Positions 37,001-46,493 are shown, numbered from the stretch's first letter. The stretch: DNA of 64,000 bases from Candidatus Nomurabacteria bacterium (GCA_020631905.1 JACKGQ010000001.1:357854-421853), one strand, 5' to 3'. Made by a program: numbers and translations. The notes: generated from the letters alone by a model not told the origin.

Positions 37001-39730
37001 GCTTCAAATATAGCAATAGGTCAGCAAGCATTAAACACAAACGTCAGTGGCACACAGAACACTGCAGTTGGTGGCTCAGCATTAATAAACAGTACTGGCA
37101 ACTACAATACTGCCCTTGGCTTTGAAGCTGGCTCTACTACAACAGGAGCAGAAAACCTTTTCTTAGGCTACAAAGCAGGAGATAACTTAACCACAGGTAG
37201 TTACAACATCCTTATCGGTAACGAGATTGATGCCGTATCGGCAACAGGTGATTACCAACTCAACATCGGTGATAGTATCTATGGTGATTTGCAAAATGAC
37301 CGAATCGCGGTCGGAACTTCGACTACAAGCGCTGCTAGGTTGACTGTCAGCAATTCTTCATCAACCGATGCAATATTTGTAGCCCAAGATAATGCGACGG
37401 CCGTACTAACTATTGCTAACGGTGGGGCAGCTACGTTCCAGAACGAAACCGATTCAACAACTGCATTTAGAATTCTACAATCAAGCGGAGCAGGCGGTGG
37501 AGCCTTACTAACAGCCGACACTACAAATTATTTGCTCAAGGTAGCGCCAACTCAGTTCGTTTCTTCAGGATCTACCCAATCCTTCGCCGCAAATGGCAGT
37601 GTAACCGGTGTAGACAGCTATAGCACAATAGCAGTTAACGCCACTGTTGCCGGAGTCACGGTAACAATCCCAGCACCTGCTGCCGGCGGGCAAGTTGTTG
37701 GACGTGTGCTTTATGTTGCAGCTGTGAATGGCTCACAAGACTTCGTGCTTTCATTGGCTGGGACATCAGTAGATATAAATATGAAAGCAAACAGCACTGC
37801 AACACTTATTTGGAACGGTACAGGTTGGACGGCTGCAGGTGCATCTAGTTCGACAGACTTGCAGGCTGCATATGACAATACCGCAGCAACGGCAGGTGGT
37901 GCAGAAATAGTATTGTCATCAACGGGTACGGGTGGTTTAACAATCAGAAACGATGCCTCGACTCCTATTACGGGTGGGTTATTAGAGATTCAAACATCAA
38001 TTGGTTCTAACTTGTTTAGTGTAAACAACAATGCCACAGAGTATGCATCAAACGGTGGTGCCGAGACATCATCGACATTTAGCTCTGATTGGGTAGCTCA
38101 CGGTACGGGTCCATCAATATCCAGATATACAACAACAGGCAATAACATTGCTACTGGTGTGGCGTCAGTGTTCGTAGATACAACCTCAACAGCTAATACT
38201 GGTGTCAAGAACGTACTCAACACAACTCTAACAGCAAATCTTAAGTATAAAGTTTCTTATACAGTACGTCACACATCTAGCACCTCAACATTCACAACTT
38301 TAGATACATATTTCTCATCAGACGGTACGACGGCATCAACTGCATGTAGTACTGGTGACACAGTTACATATAATCAGTGGACAAGAATTGACTGTACCTT
38401 CACACCAACATCAGTAAGCTCGTCAAATGCAATAATAATCCGACATAGCGATGCCGTTGAACATGACTTCTATGTAGATAACTTCTCGGTAACCGTTAGC
38501 GCGGATGCCAACCACGCAGTAGACGGAAGTGTAGATAGCGCTCTCGGCACAAATTGGCAAGCATATGACGCAGATGGTGGTGCAGGAACTTCAGGTGTGG
38601 CAAGAGATACTACCAATATCTACGACACAAGTGGTTCTGTTGCAGTTACGACAACAGCTGGCAGTGCGGAAGGTGAGGGTGTTCGCAACAATATGGCCAT
38701 CGCACCTTCAGTTAGCACACAGTATCTTGTAACATTCTACGCCAAGAGTTCAACCTCTTTCAGCGATATTAAAGTAGGCTTCCTGCCTGCAGGTGGAAGT
38801 AGCTTGCCAAGCGCAGCTCAACTTTGTGCAGATTACAACACCCAGAGCGTGTCAACTAGCGGCTGGACAAAGATAACTTGCGTATTCTCAACTCCAAGCT
38901 CAGGAATCAGTGATCCAGACTTAGTTATATATCAAGGCTCAGCTGCTGCGAGGACATTCTATGTAGACGCGTTGTCGATTACGTTGAACACCAATAATTC
39001 ATCTAATGTCCAGGTCGGTGGTGGTCAAAAGGGTGGTCCAACAACCCTATTCACTCTAGACCGATCAGCTGGCGCACCGATTGCAGATAACAACGACGCC
39101 TACTTGGGATCGATGTATTACGACACCGTAACCGGTAGGATTCAGTGTTACGAAGCTGATGGCTGGGGTGCTTGTGGTGCTGCGCCGGATAACATAGTAA
39201 ACCTTAACCCAGAGTATTCTGGCGCTGTCCTCAATGGATCGGGTGTCGGAACAATGACAGCAGACTTCTGTTCGAACGACACAGCTCTATCAGTAAACGA
39301 TACTTTGTGTGACACAGGTGAAGCCAAAAACTACTATCGATGGACTAGTCCACAGGCGACACAACAAACTTACTCTATCTATGTGACTTATCAGCTACCA
39401 GCGACATTTAATGGTTTTGCGAGTGATGATACTGTTCAACTCACTGCTCGAGTAGATAGTACATCAAATGCATCGGTAACATACGAAATGTTTAAGAGTA
39501 CAGGTAGTGCAGTAACTCAGTGCGGCACAAGTGAGACCGATGTAATAACTGGTGGTGGCGGATCAGCGGACACCTGGCATACATATGGCATAAATGGAAA
39601 TGAGGCAACAGGCTGTAGCTTCACCAGTAGTTCTGCCGGAGATTTTATAATCTTTAAGATAAATCTCAAAGCCAATAGCAATGCGAATGCCTATGTCTCG
39701 ACCCTAAGCTTTACAACAACTGGTAGATAA
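34037..39730 (+). CDS. giant secreted/surface protein 2 (shared N-module; two CBM-like jelly-roll domains near the C-terminus)
   Basis: 1897 aa. After ...VGSAQA it carries the same N-module as gene 1. It has an internal c.270-bp imperfect duplication (c.34860-35130 vs c.36270-36530), CBM4/9-like segments ending FYVDNFSVT and FYVDALSIT, and a C-terminal module with GSMYYDTVTGRIQCYEADGWGACG. The start is uncertain; a GTG at 34187 would give a cleaner signal peptide, MRVKVLPSLGSALRALGLSLVWVGIAALVAVPTILNVGSAQA. Confidence 0.85.
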   Translation: MKKTNYQTHQNKNVYIRLIGLTRRALLSIYKHCDQHKLGSALRALGLSLFVRVKVLPSLGSALRALGLSLVWVGIAALVAVPTILNVGSAQAAPSSQLNFQARLQSNTGALIPDGNYHVEFKIYDSLASGASAQGVCSLDSSTDDCLWLETRTGANVIAVQNGYLTANLGSVTAFGSGIDWSQQLYLSINIGGNGGSPSWDGEMSPRLQITSVPYAFAAGTAENVKSTDVDSADSADVNISTGDSTTSGTTGDIIVDTGVGATANGGITLGGVNASSVSIGNSGAVLTLAGSSILLNSATLQRTATGTTSLDLVDGSDTTLALLNSGAGVANLTVDGSITVATLGSADSDAVICRNTSNQLATCNSTFLTSANAFVQNGNSFTANAVLGTNDAYSLLFETGGNTQVTIADGGATTFKNSTNSTTAFQVQNSSSGSVFNVDTTNGRVSLGTTTTTAGQLVVTSSNANPSNNYAGIVSTPTIDYTALSTNTNYAGYFNITNTSANDTSGTFTGVYARAQHTAGYDTTYLYGVDASTFSTGSGIITTNSIAINASNTLQGSGSAINATNVKGLNVEAPTLSTVSVTNSLGVDIANQGSASVANTYGIRVAAQTSSTTTNVGVAIGEAANNNNTNLLIGTTTAPSGSFSIYNNSADDNVFAGNLRVGSTSAPTVALDVTGAGTFSGLLTGSAGLTVTGGTVNLNASSNNNTNINTGTSTGTVAIGNSASTTTVLGTTTINTTGTATTGIGNSGAVLTLSGSSILLNSATLQRTAAGTTSLDLVDGANTTLALINSGAGAANLTVDGSITVATLGSADTSNYLCRNSSNQLATCTGSILSSSLTDNITDAFDLQEGTNNYININTTNGSEEIQFGNATTNPDFTFLGSGNTNIAGQLTVNGTAADQIQLVVKANASQTATTPLFQAQTSAGAEIYSIRAPDEYSVFLGYRAGYIDDGSGGQNTGVGSNALLNNVAGYYNVAVGSNALSSNDDGASNIAIGQQALNTNVSGTQNTAVGGSALINSTGNYNTALGFEAGSTTTGAENLFLGYKAGDNLTTGSYNILIGNEIDAVSATGDYQLNIGDSIYGDLQNDRIAVGTSTTSAARLTVSNSSSTDAIFVAQDNATAVLTIANGGAATFQNETDSTTAFRILQSSGAGGGALLTADTTNYLLKVAPTQFVSSGSTQSFAANGSVTGVDSYSTIAVNATVAGVTVTIPAPAAGGQVVGRVLYVAAVNGSQDFVLSLAGTSVDINMKANSTATLIWNGTGWTAAGASSSTDLQAAYDNTAATAGGAEIVLSSTGTGGLTIRNDASTPITGGLLEIQTSIGSNLFSVNNNATEYASNGGAETSSTFSSDWVAHGTGPSISRYTTTGNNIATGVASVFVDTTSTANTGVKNVLNTTLTANLKYKVSYTVRHTSSTSTFTTLDTYFSSDGTTASTACSTGDTVTYNQWTRIDCTFTPTSVSSSNAIIIRHSDAVEHDFYVDNFSVTVSADANHAVDGSVDSALGTNWQAYDADGGAGTSGVARDTTNIYDTSGSVAVTTTAGSAEGEGVRNNMAIAPSVSTQYLVTFYAKSSTSFSDIKVGFLPAGGSSLPSAAQLCADYNTQSVSTSGWTKITCVFSTPSSGISDPDLVIYQGSAAARTFYVDALSITLNTNNSSNVQVGGGQKGGPTTLFTLDRSAGAPIADNNDAYLGSMYYDTVTGRIQCYEADGWGACGAAPDNIVNLNPEYSGAVLNGSGVGTMTADFCSNDTALSVNDTLCDTGEAKNYYRWTSPQATQQTYSIYVTYQLPATFNGFASDDTVQLTARVDSTSNASVTYEMFKSTGSAVTQCGTSETDVITGGGGSADTWHTYGINGNEATGCSFTSSSAGDFIIFKINLKANSNANAYVSTLSFTTTGR
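34148..34243 (+). repeat. Two copies of a G+C-rich 33-nt hairpin-forming element (REP-like), period 63 nt
   Basis: ctaggctcagccctccgcgcccttggactgagc (34148-34180) and ctaggctcagccctccgcgcccttgggttgagc (34211-34243). Each has arms gctcag/ctgagc or ggctca/tgagcc. They lie in the annotated 5' end of giant gene 2. Confidence 0.8.
34302..34668 (+). repeat. Shared N-module repeat, copy in giant gene 2
   Basis: See 27486-27852: 365 of 367 nt identical. Confidence 0.95.
37070..37233 (+). repeat. 164-bp block identical to 30992-31155
   Basis: ggtggctcagcattaataaacagtactggcaactacaatactgccc...ggtaacgagattgatgc, identical in both genes. Confidence 0.9.
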
Positions 39731-39799
39731 GAGTTTGTTGAGACCGTAATCGTGCTATAATTTAAGCTAAGCTTAAGAGGTATAAAAGTCTACAAATCT

Positions 39800-42700
39800 A
39801 TGAAAAATATGGGTTCGGTTTTTCTAGAGAGAAAAAACAAAAAAAACCAGTCTCCTAAAGGTAATCAGTTTAGTATTGGGCAAAATAGCGAGCCAAGCCA
39901 AGCCAAAAAACACAAATTTATCTCGGTCAGTACAAAAGGGTCGATACTTATTCAACCCCCGAAGACTCTTAGAAGAATTGCTGTATTCCTCAATACCCAT
40001 AAAGTTTTCCGAAGACTACTGTATATTTTTATGGCTTTATTAATTTTATTTGAAGTCTTTAATCAGAGTTTTGGAGGCTTAATAAAGCAGATTGAATATA
40101 AACTTTCGCCGAAGGCAGAGGCGCTACTTAACACGCAAGTTGAACAATATGGCGATAAGCTCGTATACGACAACAACTCGGACTCCTACGAATACAATAA
40201 AGACTACAAATCAGCTTATACCGATGTCGCCGGTCAGGTGTCGGGCCCAAAAATCACGGCTAATTTTCCAGCTAATCCAGAGCTAGGGACGGAGATTAAG
40301 GATCCTAAATATGGTGTGAAGGTGAAGATTGTGCCAAAGTTTAAATTGGCAACACCAAAGAAGGTTAGCAATCGTCTCTACTACCCGATAATCGGCAAAG
40401 ACGCCATTAAGGTAATTTCGTTGGCTGCATCTGGCTATAAGGAAGATATAGTTTTCGAGAAATTTAGCAGTCAAGAAGTAAACTTCGATTACGAGCTTAG
40501 TCTACCAGAAGGTGTCGAAGCTAGATTGGAGTCAGATGGCTCGATTGGCATATATGGATCAAATAATACGGCTTTACTTGGAGATGTTAGTGCTAGTAGC
40601 GAGAGCGACTCTACTTTATTGGCAAAAGCTCGACAGAATTCGAACAAGACAAAATTATTATTCACTATTCCTGCGCCATTTATCAAACAATCTGGTCTCA
40701 GGCCCGTCTATAGTAATGTACGCTATAAGTTAGAGGGTAATCAACTGACAGTTAACGCTACCAGCATGGATGCGATGGTCTATCCGCTAAGTATTGACCC
40801 AAGTATATACGTCGAAACAGCGGCCAAGTTAATGCGTGGCAACAACGAGACAAATATCGATTTTGATGTTGATAATGAATTGATTCAAAAAAGTCAGACT
40901 ACTGGTGCGCGGATCGATGCGTGGTCTGGCAACTTAGACATGACCGAGGGTACTTGGGGTCAAGGAACCACAGCGGCTGGTGGCTATGTTTATCGGACTG
41001 GAGGCGAGACAGGCTTATACACAAAACCATCTATTGTCGACCAAGAAGCATCGGCACAATCTTCCAACAGTACCTCTTTTGTAATGAATATGCCTGACAC
41101 CCGTCCCGAAGGTGATTTATATATTGCGCTGATGTGCCATGATGGAACTGGTGCTATTACCCCACCGAGTGGTGGTGGTTGGACTGAATACGCTGATACC
41201 AGGGAGCATGCTGCATACTATAAAGTTGGGACAGATGCGGGTGGTGGGAGCGAGGCGTCGAGTTACACCTGGACGGGCAGTAGTGAGGAGTGGTACGGTG
41301 TGATAATGCGGGTGACTGGCTTTAACGCGTCCGACCCGGTAAGTGGCACGCCCGGAACTGGAAGTAGTGCTAGTGACGCTGTGCCAACATTGCCGGCTAC
41401 AACCCCAGATGCAAGCGCCACGTTAGTGATTAGTTCTACGGGTGTTGATGACGATATCCCGGACGACACCAGCTGGCTACCTTATGGGTATACTATTATC
41501 GCCTCAGGCAATAGCAACAGTTCGACACCGACAGATACAAACGACTGCGGTTTTGCTGCGGCCTCTTTAGATACTCCGCCAACCAACGGTGTATCTACAG
41601 GCACTACCGACCTAGTAAGTTCATCACTGTTAGATACATACGGTGCCAGCACGATTGCAATTAATCCGAGTGGCTCACCATCTAGACCCCAAGTTGAAGA
41701 CTCGATTGAGACCCTCCAAAACTCAAATTCAACGAGTTTTACGATGGATATGCCGACTACACGTCCTGCTGGTGATCTTTACATCGCTGTAATGTGCTAT
41801 GACGGCGATAGTGGTGATGGCACTGGTGGAAGTAACAGTGGCAATACTATAAGTACACCAAGTGGATGGACAAAATATGCAAATAGAAACGGCCATGCGG
41901 CGTACTACAAAATAGGGACTGACGCTGGCGGCGGTAATGAAGCAGCGTCTTATACTTTTTCTGGAAATAGCGAAAAATGGGGCGGTGTAATAATGAGAAT
42001 TACAAATTTTGATAGTTCTGACCCAATCAGTGGAACACCCGGTGTTGGTCATAGCAACTCAGCAAGCCCTACACCAGTTTTTCCAGCAGTCACACCTGAC
42101 ACTGACAACACACTTATCATAAGAGCTGTAGGTGCAGATAACGATGAACCTAGTGCAACGGGATGGGTACCTTCAGGTCACACAAAAATTGCTTCTGGTG
42201 GCCCGACTGGTACGCAAGACTGTGCATACATGACAGCATCATTAGATGCTTCGCCTGCATCCGGAGTATCTACAGGTACCGCAACCATGGGTGATACTTC
42301 CGTACAAGATACATATGGAGCTAGTTCAATAGCAATTAACGCAGTTCCTAGCTCAACACCAACACCTTCTACTAGAGCATCATTAAACTGGGCGCAGTTC
42401 GATCCGGCAACATCACAGATTACTAGCCCAAATCCAGGCACTGGAGTCTGTGATGGTTGGTGTACTGATCCGACGTACGATTTACCAGCTGGACGTAAAG
42501 CACACGCTATGGTTGCGTACAACGGTTATCTTTATGTTATCGGTGGTTTAGATTCCGGAGGCAATCGAGTGTCTACAATATATATTGCAAAACTTGGAGC
42601 AAACGGCGAGCCGCAATTATGGCACCCAACTGATAAAAACCCAGATAACTGGCTATATTGGTATAGCGACAGCGGCTTGAGTAGCGGGACAGCGCGCAGC

Positions 42701-45700
42701 TACATGTCAGCGGTTGCGTATCGAGACAGGATGTATATTTTGGGAGGAGACACAGACTCTAGTCCTGGTGGTATCACGACGGTCGAAGTGGCAGATATAT
42801 TACCGAACGGGACATTAAGTGCTTGGAGCACCTCTGGCATGCAAGCCTTACCTAGTGGTGCTGGTACCCATATGATGGGTGTAGAAATCTACAATGATGT
42901 CATGTATGTGTTGGGTGGATTTGAGGGAGTGACTACATCGTCTTCTAACTTACGCAGCTCGGTATACTATAGTCGCCTCGATAGCGACGGCTCAATGAAC
43001 ACATGGCAAACTGGGGATAGTTTTAGTACTGCTAGATCTACTTTCGGAGGTAATTTTAGCTATATATGGGGAGCATATATATACATATCTGGTGGTTGTA
43101 CAACCGTTAACGGTAGCGGTTACTGCACGGCTTTTGCAGAGGATATGCAGGTAATTAGTATCAATTCTGACGGCAGTTTAGATGGCTGGCATGATATGGG
43201 TATTAGTACAGCAAGGTTTGGCTATAATCTAGTAGGTTGGCAAGGTGGACTCTATCGAATCGGTGGCTGTACAGAGCAAGACAGCAGCACCGGAGAGTGC
43301 ATCGCTTCTTTAGCAGATGTTGATTTTGGTATCGTTAACCCGGCGGGAGAAGTTTCAACGGTTAGTATTTCTGAGCCCTCAGGCAGCGGTGATTGTACGG
43401 GTGGATCTCCATTTGACTGTGATTTGCCTCCACCAGGGGATGATGCTGGAGAAGGCGGACAGTTGTTGGCAATGTCGGTTATCTTAAATGGGTATCTGTA
43501 TGTTATTGGAGGGTGCGTAGATTATGACTGTAACGGCACAACTCCGGCGAGTGATGATTATGATGCAACTGGCAACACCTCGTATGTAGCCATAGCCTCA
43601 GATGGAGGGCTAACAAAACCTACATCTTGCAGTGGTACCAGTTATGGTGCTTGGTGCGTAGATTCAACCAATAAGATAAACAATACTGGTAACAACCAAA
43701 CAGACGGTGTAGCTGCGGCTGGCGTGACAACTTTTAATAACCGAATTTATATAGTTGGAGGTTTGACCGGTAATGGTATATCAACCAACATTTACTATAA
43801 TTCGACCAATTCCGACGGAAGTTTATCTGGGGCTTGGTCATCTGTCGATACGACTACGGTTGGTGCTACAGACGTAGCCTATACGTACTCTTTTGCTCGA
43901 GCAAACCCATCATCTGCAGGCACCAATCCTGGTAACCTATATATCTTGGGTGGTTGTGGCACAATTTCAACTGGTGCTGGATGTGGTTCGAGCGACTACC
44001 GACAAGAAGTTTACAAGTGCAATATTACTACATCAGGAGCAGTTTCTGGTTGTTCTACTAGTGGTCAGTTACAGATTGACTCAACTCCTGGCTATGGTAG
44101 TAGTGGTGATGGACTAGGAATTCACTCTGGGACCCTATACGCTAATTATATTTTCTTGATCGGTGGCTACAGCCAGTCCGAGGCTGATAAAGATGATGTT
44201 CTGTATGCAAAAATCGACAACAGCAATAATATAGTTGCTGTGAGTGGTAGTGACTGGATAGAGTCATCGTATAAGCTGTCGGTAGGTAGGCGTCGTGGCT
44301 GGGCTTTTGGCTACAATGGTCACATATATTCCCTAGGTGGATATGATGCAAGTGGTGGGGGCGTCGGCGGGATTATCCCATTCATTGAGTGGTCAAAAAT
44401 GAATGTCAGTGATGGTAGTATTGATGAGTTTATTACATCAAGTATCACCATAAATCAGAGGTGGGGATTAACAGTTGCTGTTTCAAATGCCTATGCCTAT
44501 GTTATAGGAGGTTGTGATGTGGGTGCCGCTCCTAGTAGCTGTTCTAGTTTTGAGCCATCAGTACAGACCTTCCAGCTTTATAATAACGATAGTGGCTCTA
44601 TAGCAGACTTCACAACTCAATCAGATCAAACATTTACTACCGATACAGACAGATGGGGCGCAAGTTCGGTGGTCTATAACGGATATCTATATGTAGCTGG
44701 TGGATGCATTAGCGCTACCGATTGCACAGATGCCACGAGCAGTGTTCAGTATGCAGCGATTAATGCTGCCGATGGTAGTGTTGGTACATGGTCGGCAGGT
44801 GGAAGCTTGCCGGCCGATAGAGCTTGGGGAAGCTTAGAAGAAGTGGGTGGAACACTATATTACATTGGCGGTCAGGATGACACTGCTACCAATGAACAGT
44901 CAACGGTCTATTACACCTCGTCTATCTCTTCGGGTAATCCAACCTGGAATGGGACTGCGGCCACAAATGGCTTGCCTGCAGCAAGAACCAAATTTGGATC
45001 GACTGTATGGAATGACAGAATGTATGTGGTTGGTGGGTTAGATGGGAGCGCTACTTCAGCATCAACTGTGTATGTGAGCCCAAAACTTAGCACTGGCGGT
45101 GATATAACTAGCTCTTGGTCGTCAAGCACTGCCTTCAATGTGGCTAGGTCTGGCTTAGCCGTTACTTCATATGCCAATAATCTATATATATTTGGTGGCT
45201 ACGACGGCACAAACTATCTTTCAGACGTTCAATTTGCGTCTATAGGCTATAAGACAGGCACGATAAGTCAGTCTGGCACCACCACAGTCACAGGTAGTGG
45301 TACATCTTGGACGACAGCAATGGAAGGTAGTCAGCTACTTTACGGCGATGGTTATACAGCTACAATTGTGACAGTTTCTAGCACAACATCGATGACGGTA
45401 GATATTAGTAGGACGGTCAGTGCTGGCTCTATCTATACTATTGATGATGGTTCGGTGGGTTCATGGTCCTATACCAAAAGTCTATCTGGCTCGCTCAGAA
45501 ATTCTAAAGCGCTATCTGCGAATGGCTACGTATATCTAGTCGGTGGACGATCGGCAACCTCAACCTGTAAGCCAAAAGTACTGATTGCTCCAATAAGCGC
45601 CAATACCACAATTGCAACTGGTAATAACCCAACGGGCGTAGGCGAGTGGTACGAAACTAACACACGTTATGACGGTGGAAGATATGGGGTTGCAGCAGCT

Positions 45701-46480
45701 TATTATAACGGCAAAATATACACTATGGGCGGTGGCTGTACATCGCCACTTGGGACGGCCTATACTACTGGGACAATGTCTCAATCTGGCACCACAGTAA
45801 CTGGTAGCGGTACTAACTGGACAGACAACTACATTGGCTCGACGATAACATACCACGATGCAACCACGGCAAAAATTATTAGCGTAAATAGTACCACTTC
45901 CTTGACAGTCGATACTAGTAAAACAGTCTCAGCCGGTAACACATATTCGATTACCCCTAATCGTCATTTCTTGTCGTCTGTAAACTCGCAACCCCAAGTG
46001 GCTGCCTATTCAAGGTTAATTGATACCGATACCGACGTATTCCCGAATTCTTGGCTAATGAATGGACTAGATAACTCGATTGGCGCTAGGTGGCGAGTTA
46101 GCTATAAGACTATGAACGATACCGATGGTGTAGCCACAGATTGCGGTACAGCCGATATGACCGATTGGGGCCAGATAACCGATTATGGTGAAGTTACACT
46201 TGGTGATGTTGCACCATATGTGCCAAAAGATGGGAGTGGTAATGATATTGAATGCGCTAGGTACTATTTCTTCTACGTTAGTATAGATGCCTCTAAGACT
46301 TTCGGCTATCCAGAAGATGTTAATCGTGGTCCAACAATATCAGACCTATCATTATTCTTCACCTCAGATCCGTCAAAACGTTTACGGCACGGCAAGACAT
46401 TTACGGGCGGTGAACTTCAGCCTCTCGACACACCTTGTCGGCAGAACGAAGACGCTGATTGCCCGTTGCCAGCCCCCTAA
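39800..46480 (+). CDS. giant membrane-anchored protein with about 16 Kelch-like beta-propeller repeats
   Basis: 2226 aa. N-terminal TM segment LLYIFMALLILFEVF. A tandem pair of c.200-aa domains (nt c.41060-42350). Recurrent Kelch-like blades (GYLYVIGGLDSGG, DRMYILGGDTD, DVMYVLGGFEG, GGLYRIGGCTE, NRIYIVGGLTG, GHIYSLGGYDASG, DRMYVVGGLDG, NNLYIFGGYDG, GKIYTMGGGC and others) between nt c.42440 and 45950. Confidence 0.85.
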   Translation: MKNMGSVFLERKNKKNQSPKGNQFSIGQNSEPSQAKKHKFISVSTKGSILIQPPKTLRRIAVFLNTHKVFRRLLYIFMALLILFEVFNQSFGGLIKQIEYKLSPKAEALLNTQVEQYGDKLVYDNNSDSYEYNKDYKSAYTDVAGQVSGPKITANFPANPELGTEIKDPKYGVKVKIVPKFKLATPKKVSNRLYYPIIGKDAIKVISLAASGYKEDIVFEKFSSQEVNFDYELSLPEGVEARLESDGSIGIYGSNNTALLGDVSASSESDSTLLAKARQNSNKTKLLFTIPAPFIKQSGLRPVYSNVRYKLEGNQLTVNATSMDAMVYPLSIDPSIYVETAAKLMRGNNETNIDFDVDNELIQKSQTTGARIDAWSGNLDMTEGTWGQGTTAAGGYVYRTGGETGLYTKPSIVDQEASAQSSNSTSFVMNMPDTRPEGDLYIALMCHDGTGAITPPSGGGWTEYADTREHAAYYKVGTDAGGGSEASSYTWTGSSEEWYGVIMRVTGFNASDPVSGTPGTGSSASDAVPTLPATTPDASATLVISSTGVDDDIPDDTSWLPYGYTIIASGNSNSSTPTDTNDCGFAAASLDTPPTNGVSTGTTDLVSSSLLDTYGASTIAINPSGSPSRPQVEDSIETLQNSNSTSFTMDMPTTRPAGDLYIAVMCYDGDSGDGTGGSNSGNTISTPSGWTKYANRNGHAAYYKIGTDAGGGNEAASYTFSGNSEKWGGVIMRITNFDSSDPISGTPGVGHSNSASPTPVFPAVTPDTDNTLIIRAVGADNDEPSATGWVPSGHTKIASGGPTGTQDCAYMTASLDASPASGVSTGTATMGDTSVQDTYGASSIAINAVPSSTPTPSTRASLNWAQFDPATSQITSPNPGTGVCDGWCTDPTYDLPAGRKAHAMVAYNGYLYVIGGLDSGGNRVSTIYIAKLGANGEPQLWHPTDKNPDNWLYWYSDSGLSSGTARSYMSAVAYRDRMYILGGDTDSSPGGITTVEVADILPNGTLSAWSTSGMQALPSGAGTHMMGVEIYNDVMYVLGGFEGVTTSSSNLRSSVYYSRLDSDGSMNTWQTGDSFSTARSTFGGNFSYIWGAYIYISGGCTTVNGSGYCTAFAEDMQVISINSDGSLDGWHDMGISTARFGYNLVGWQGGLYRIGGCTEQDSSTGECIASLADVDFGIVNPAGEVSTVSISEPSGSGDCTGGSPFDCDLPPPGDDAGEGGQLLAMSVILNGYLYVIGGCVDYDCNGTTPASDDYDATGNTSYVAIASDGGLTKPTSCSGTSYGAWCVDSTNKINNTGNNQTDGVAAAGVTTFNNRIYIVGGLTGNGISTNIYYNSTNSDGSLSGAWSSVDTTTVGATDVAYTYSFARANPSSAGTNPGNLYILGGCGTISTGAGCGSSDYRQEVYKCNITTSGAVSGCSTSGQLQIDSTPGYGSSGDGLGIHSGTLYANYIFLIGGYSQSEADKDDVLYAKIDNSNNIVAVSGSDWIESSYKLSVGRRRGWAFGYNGHIYSLGGYDASGGGVGGIIPFIEWSKMNVSDGSIDEFITSSITINQRWGLTVAVSNAYAYVIGGCDVGAAPSSCSSFEPSVQTFQLYNNDSGSIADFTTQSDQTFTTDTDRWGASSVVYNGYLYVAGGCISATDCTDATSSVQYAAINAADGSVGTWSAGGSLPADRAWGSLEEVGGTLYYIGGQDDTATNEQSTVYYTSSISSGNPTWNGTAATNGLPAARTKFGSTVWNDRMYVVGGLDGSATSASTVYVSPKLSTGGDITSSWSSSTAFNVARSGLAVTSYANNLYIFGGYDGTNYLSDVQFASIGYKTGTISQSGTTTVTGSGTSWTTAMEGSQLLYGDGYTATIVTVSSTTSMTVDISRTVSAGSIYTIDDGSVGSWSYTKSLSGSLRNSKALSANGYVYLVGGRSATSTCKPKVLIAPISANTTIATGNNPTGVGEWYETNTRYDGGRYGVAAAYYNGKIYTMGGGCTSPLGTAYTTGTMSQSGTTVTGSGTNWTDNYIGSTITYHDATTAKIISVNSTTSLTVDTSKTVSAGNTYSITPNRHFLSSVNSQPQVAAYSRLIDTDTDVFPNSWLMNGLDNSIGARWRVSYKTMNDTDGVATDCGTADMTDWGQITDYGEVTLGDVAPYVPKDGSGNDIECARYYFFYVSIDASKTFGYPEDVNRGPTISDLSLFFTSDPSKRLRHGKTFTGGELQPLDTPCRQNEDADCPLPAP

Positions 46481-46493
46481 GTGTTTTGTAGTA

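Noticed and set aside
27296-39730. Diversity-generating retroelement (template/variable repeat pairs) as the source of the repeats in the giant genes
   Set aside because: No reverse transcriptase ORF is present in the window. The repeat copies are either identical or differ mainly at synonymous third positions, not specifically at adenines. The repeats are hundreds of bp long and in frame.
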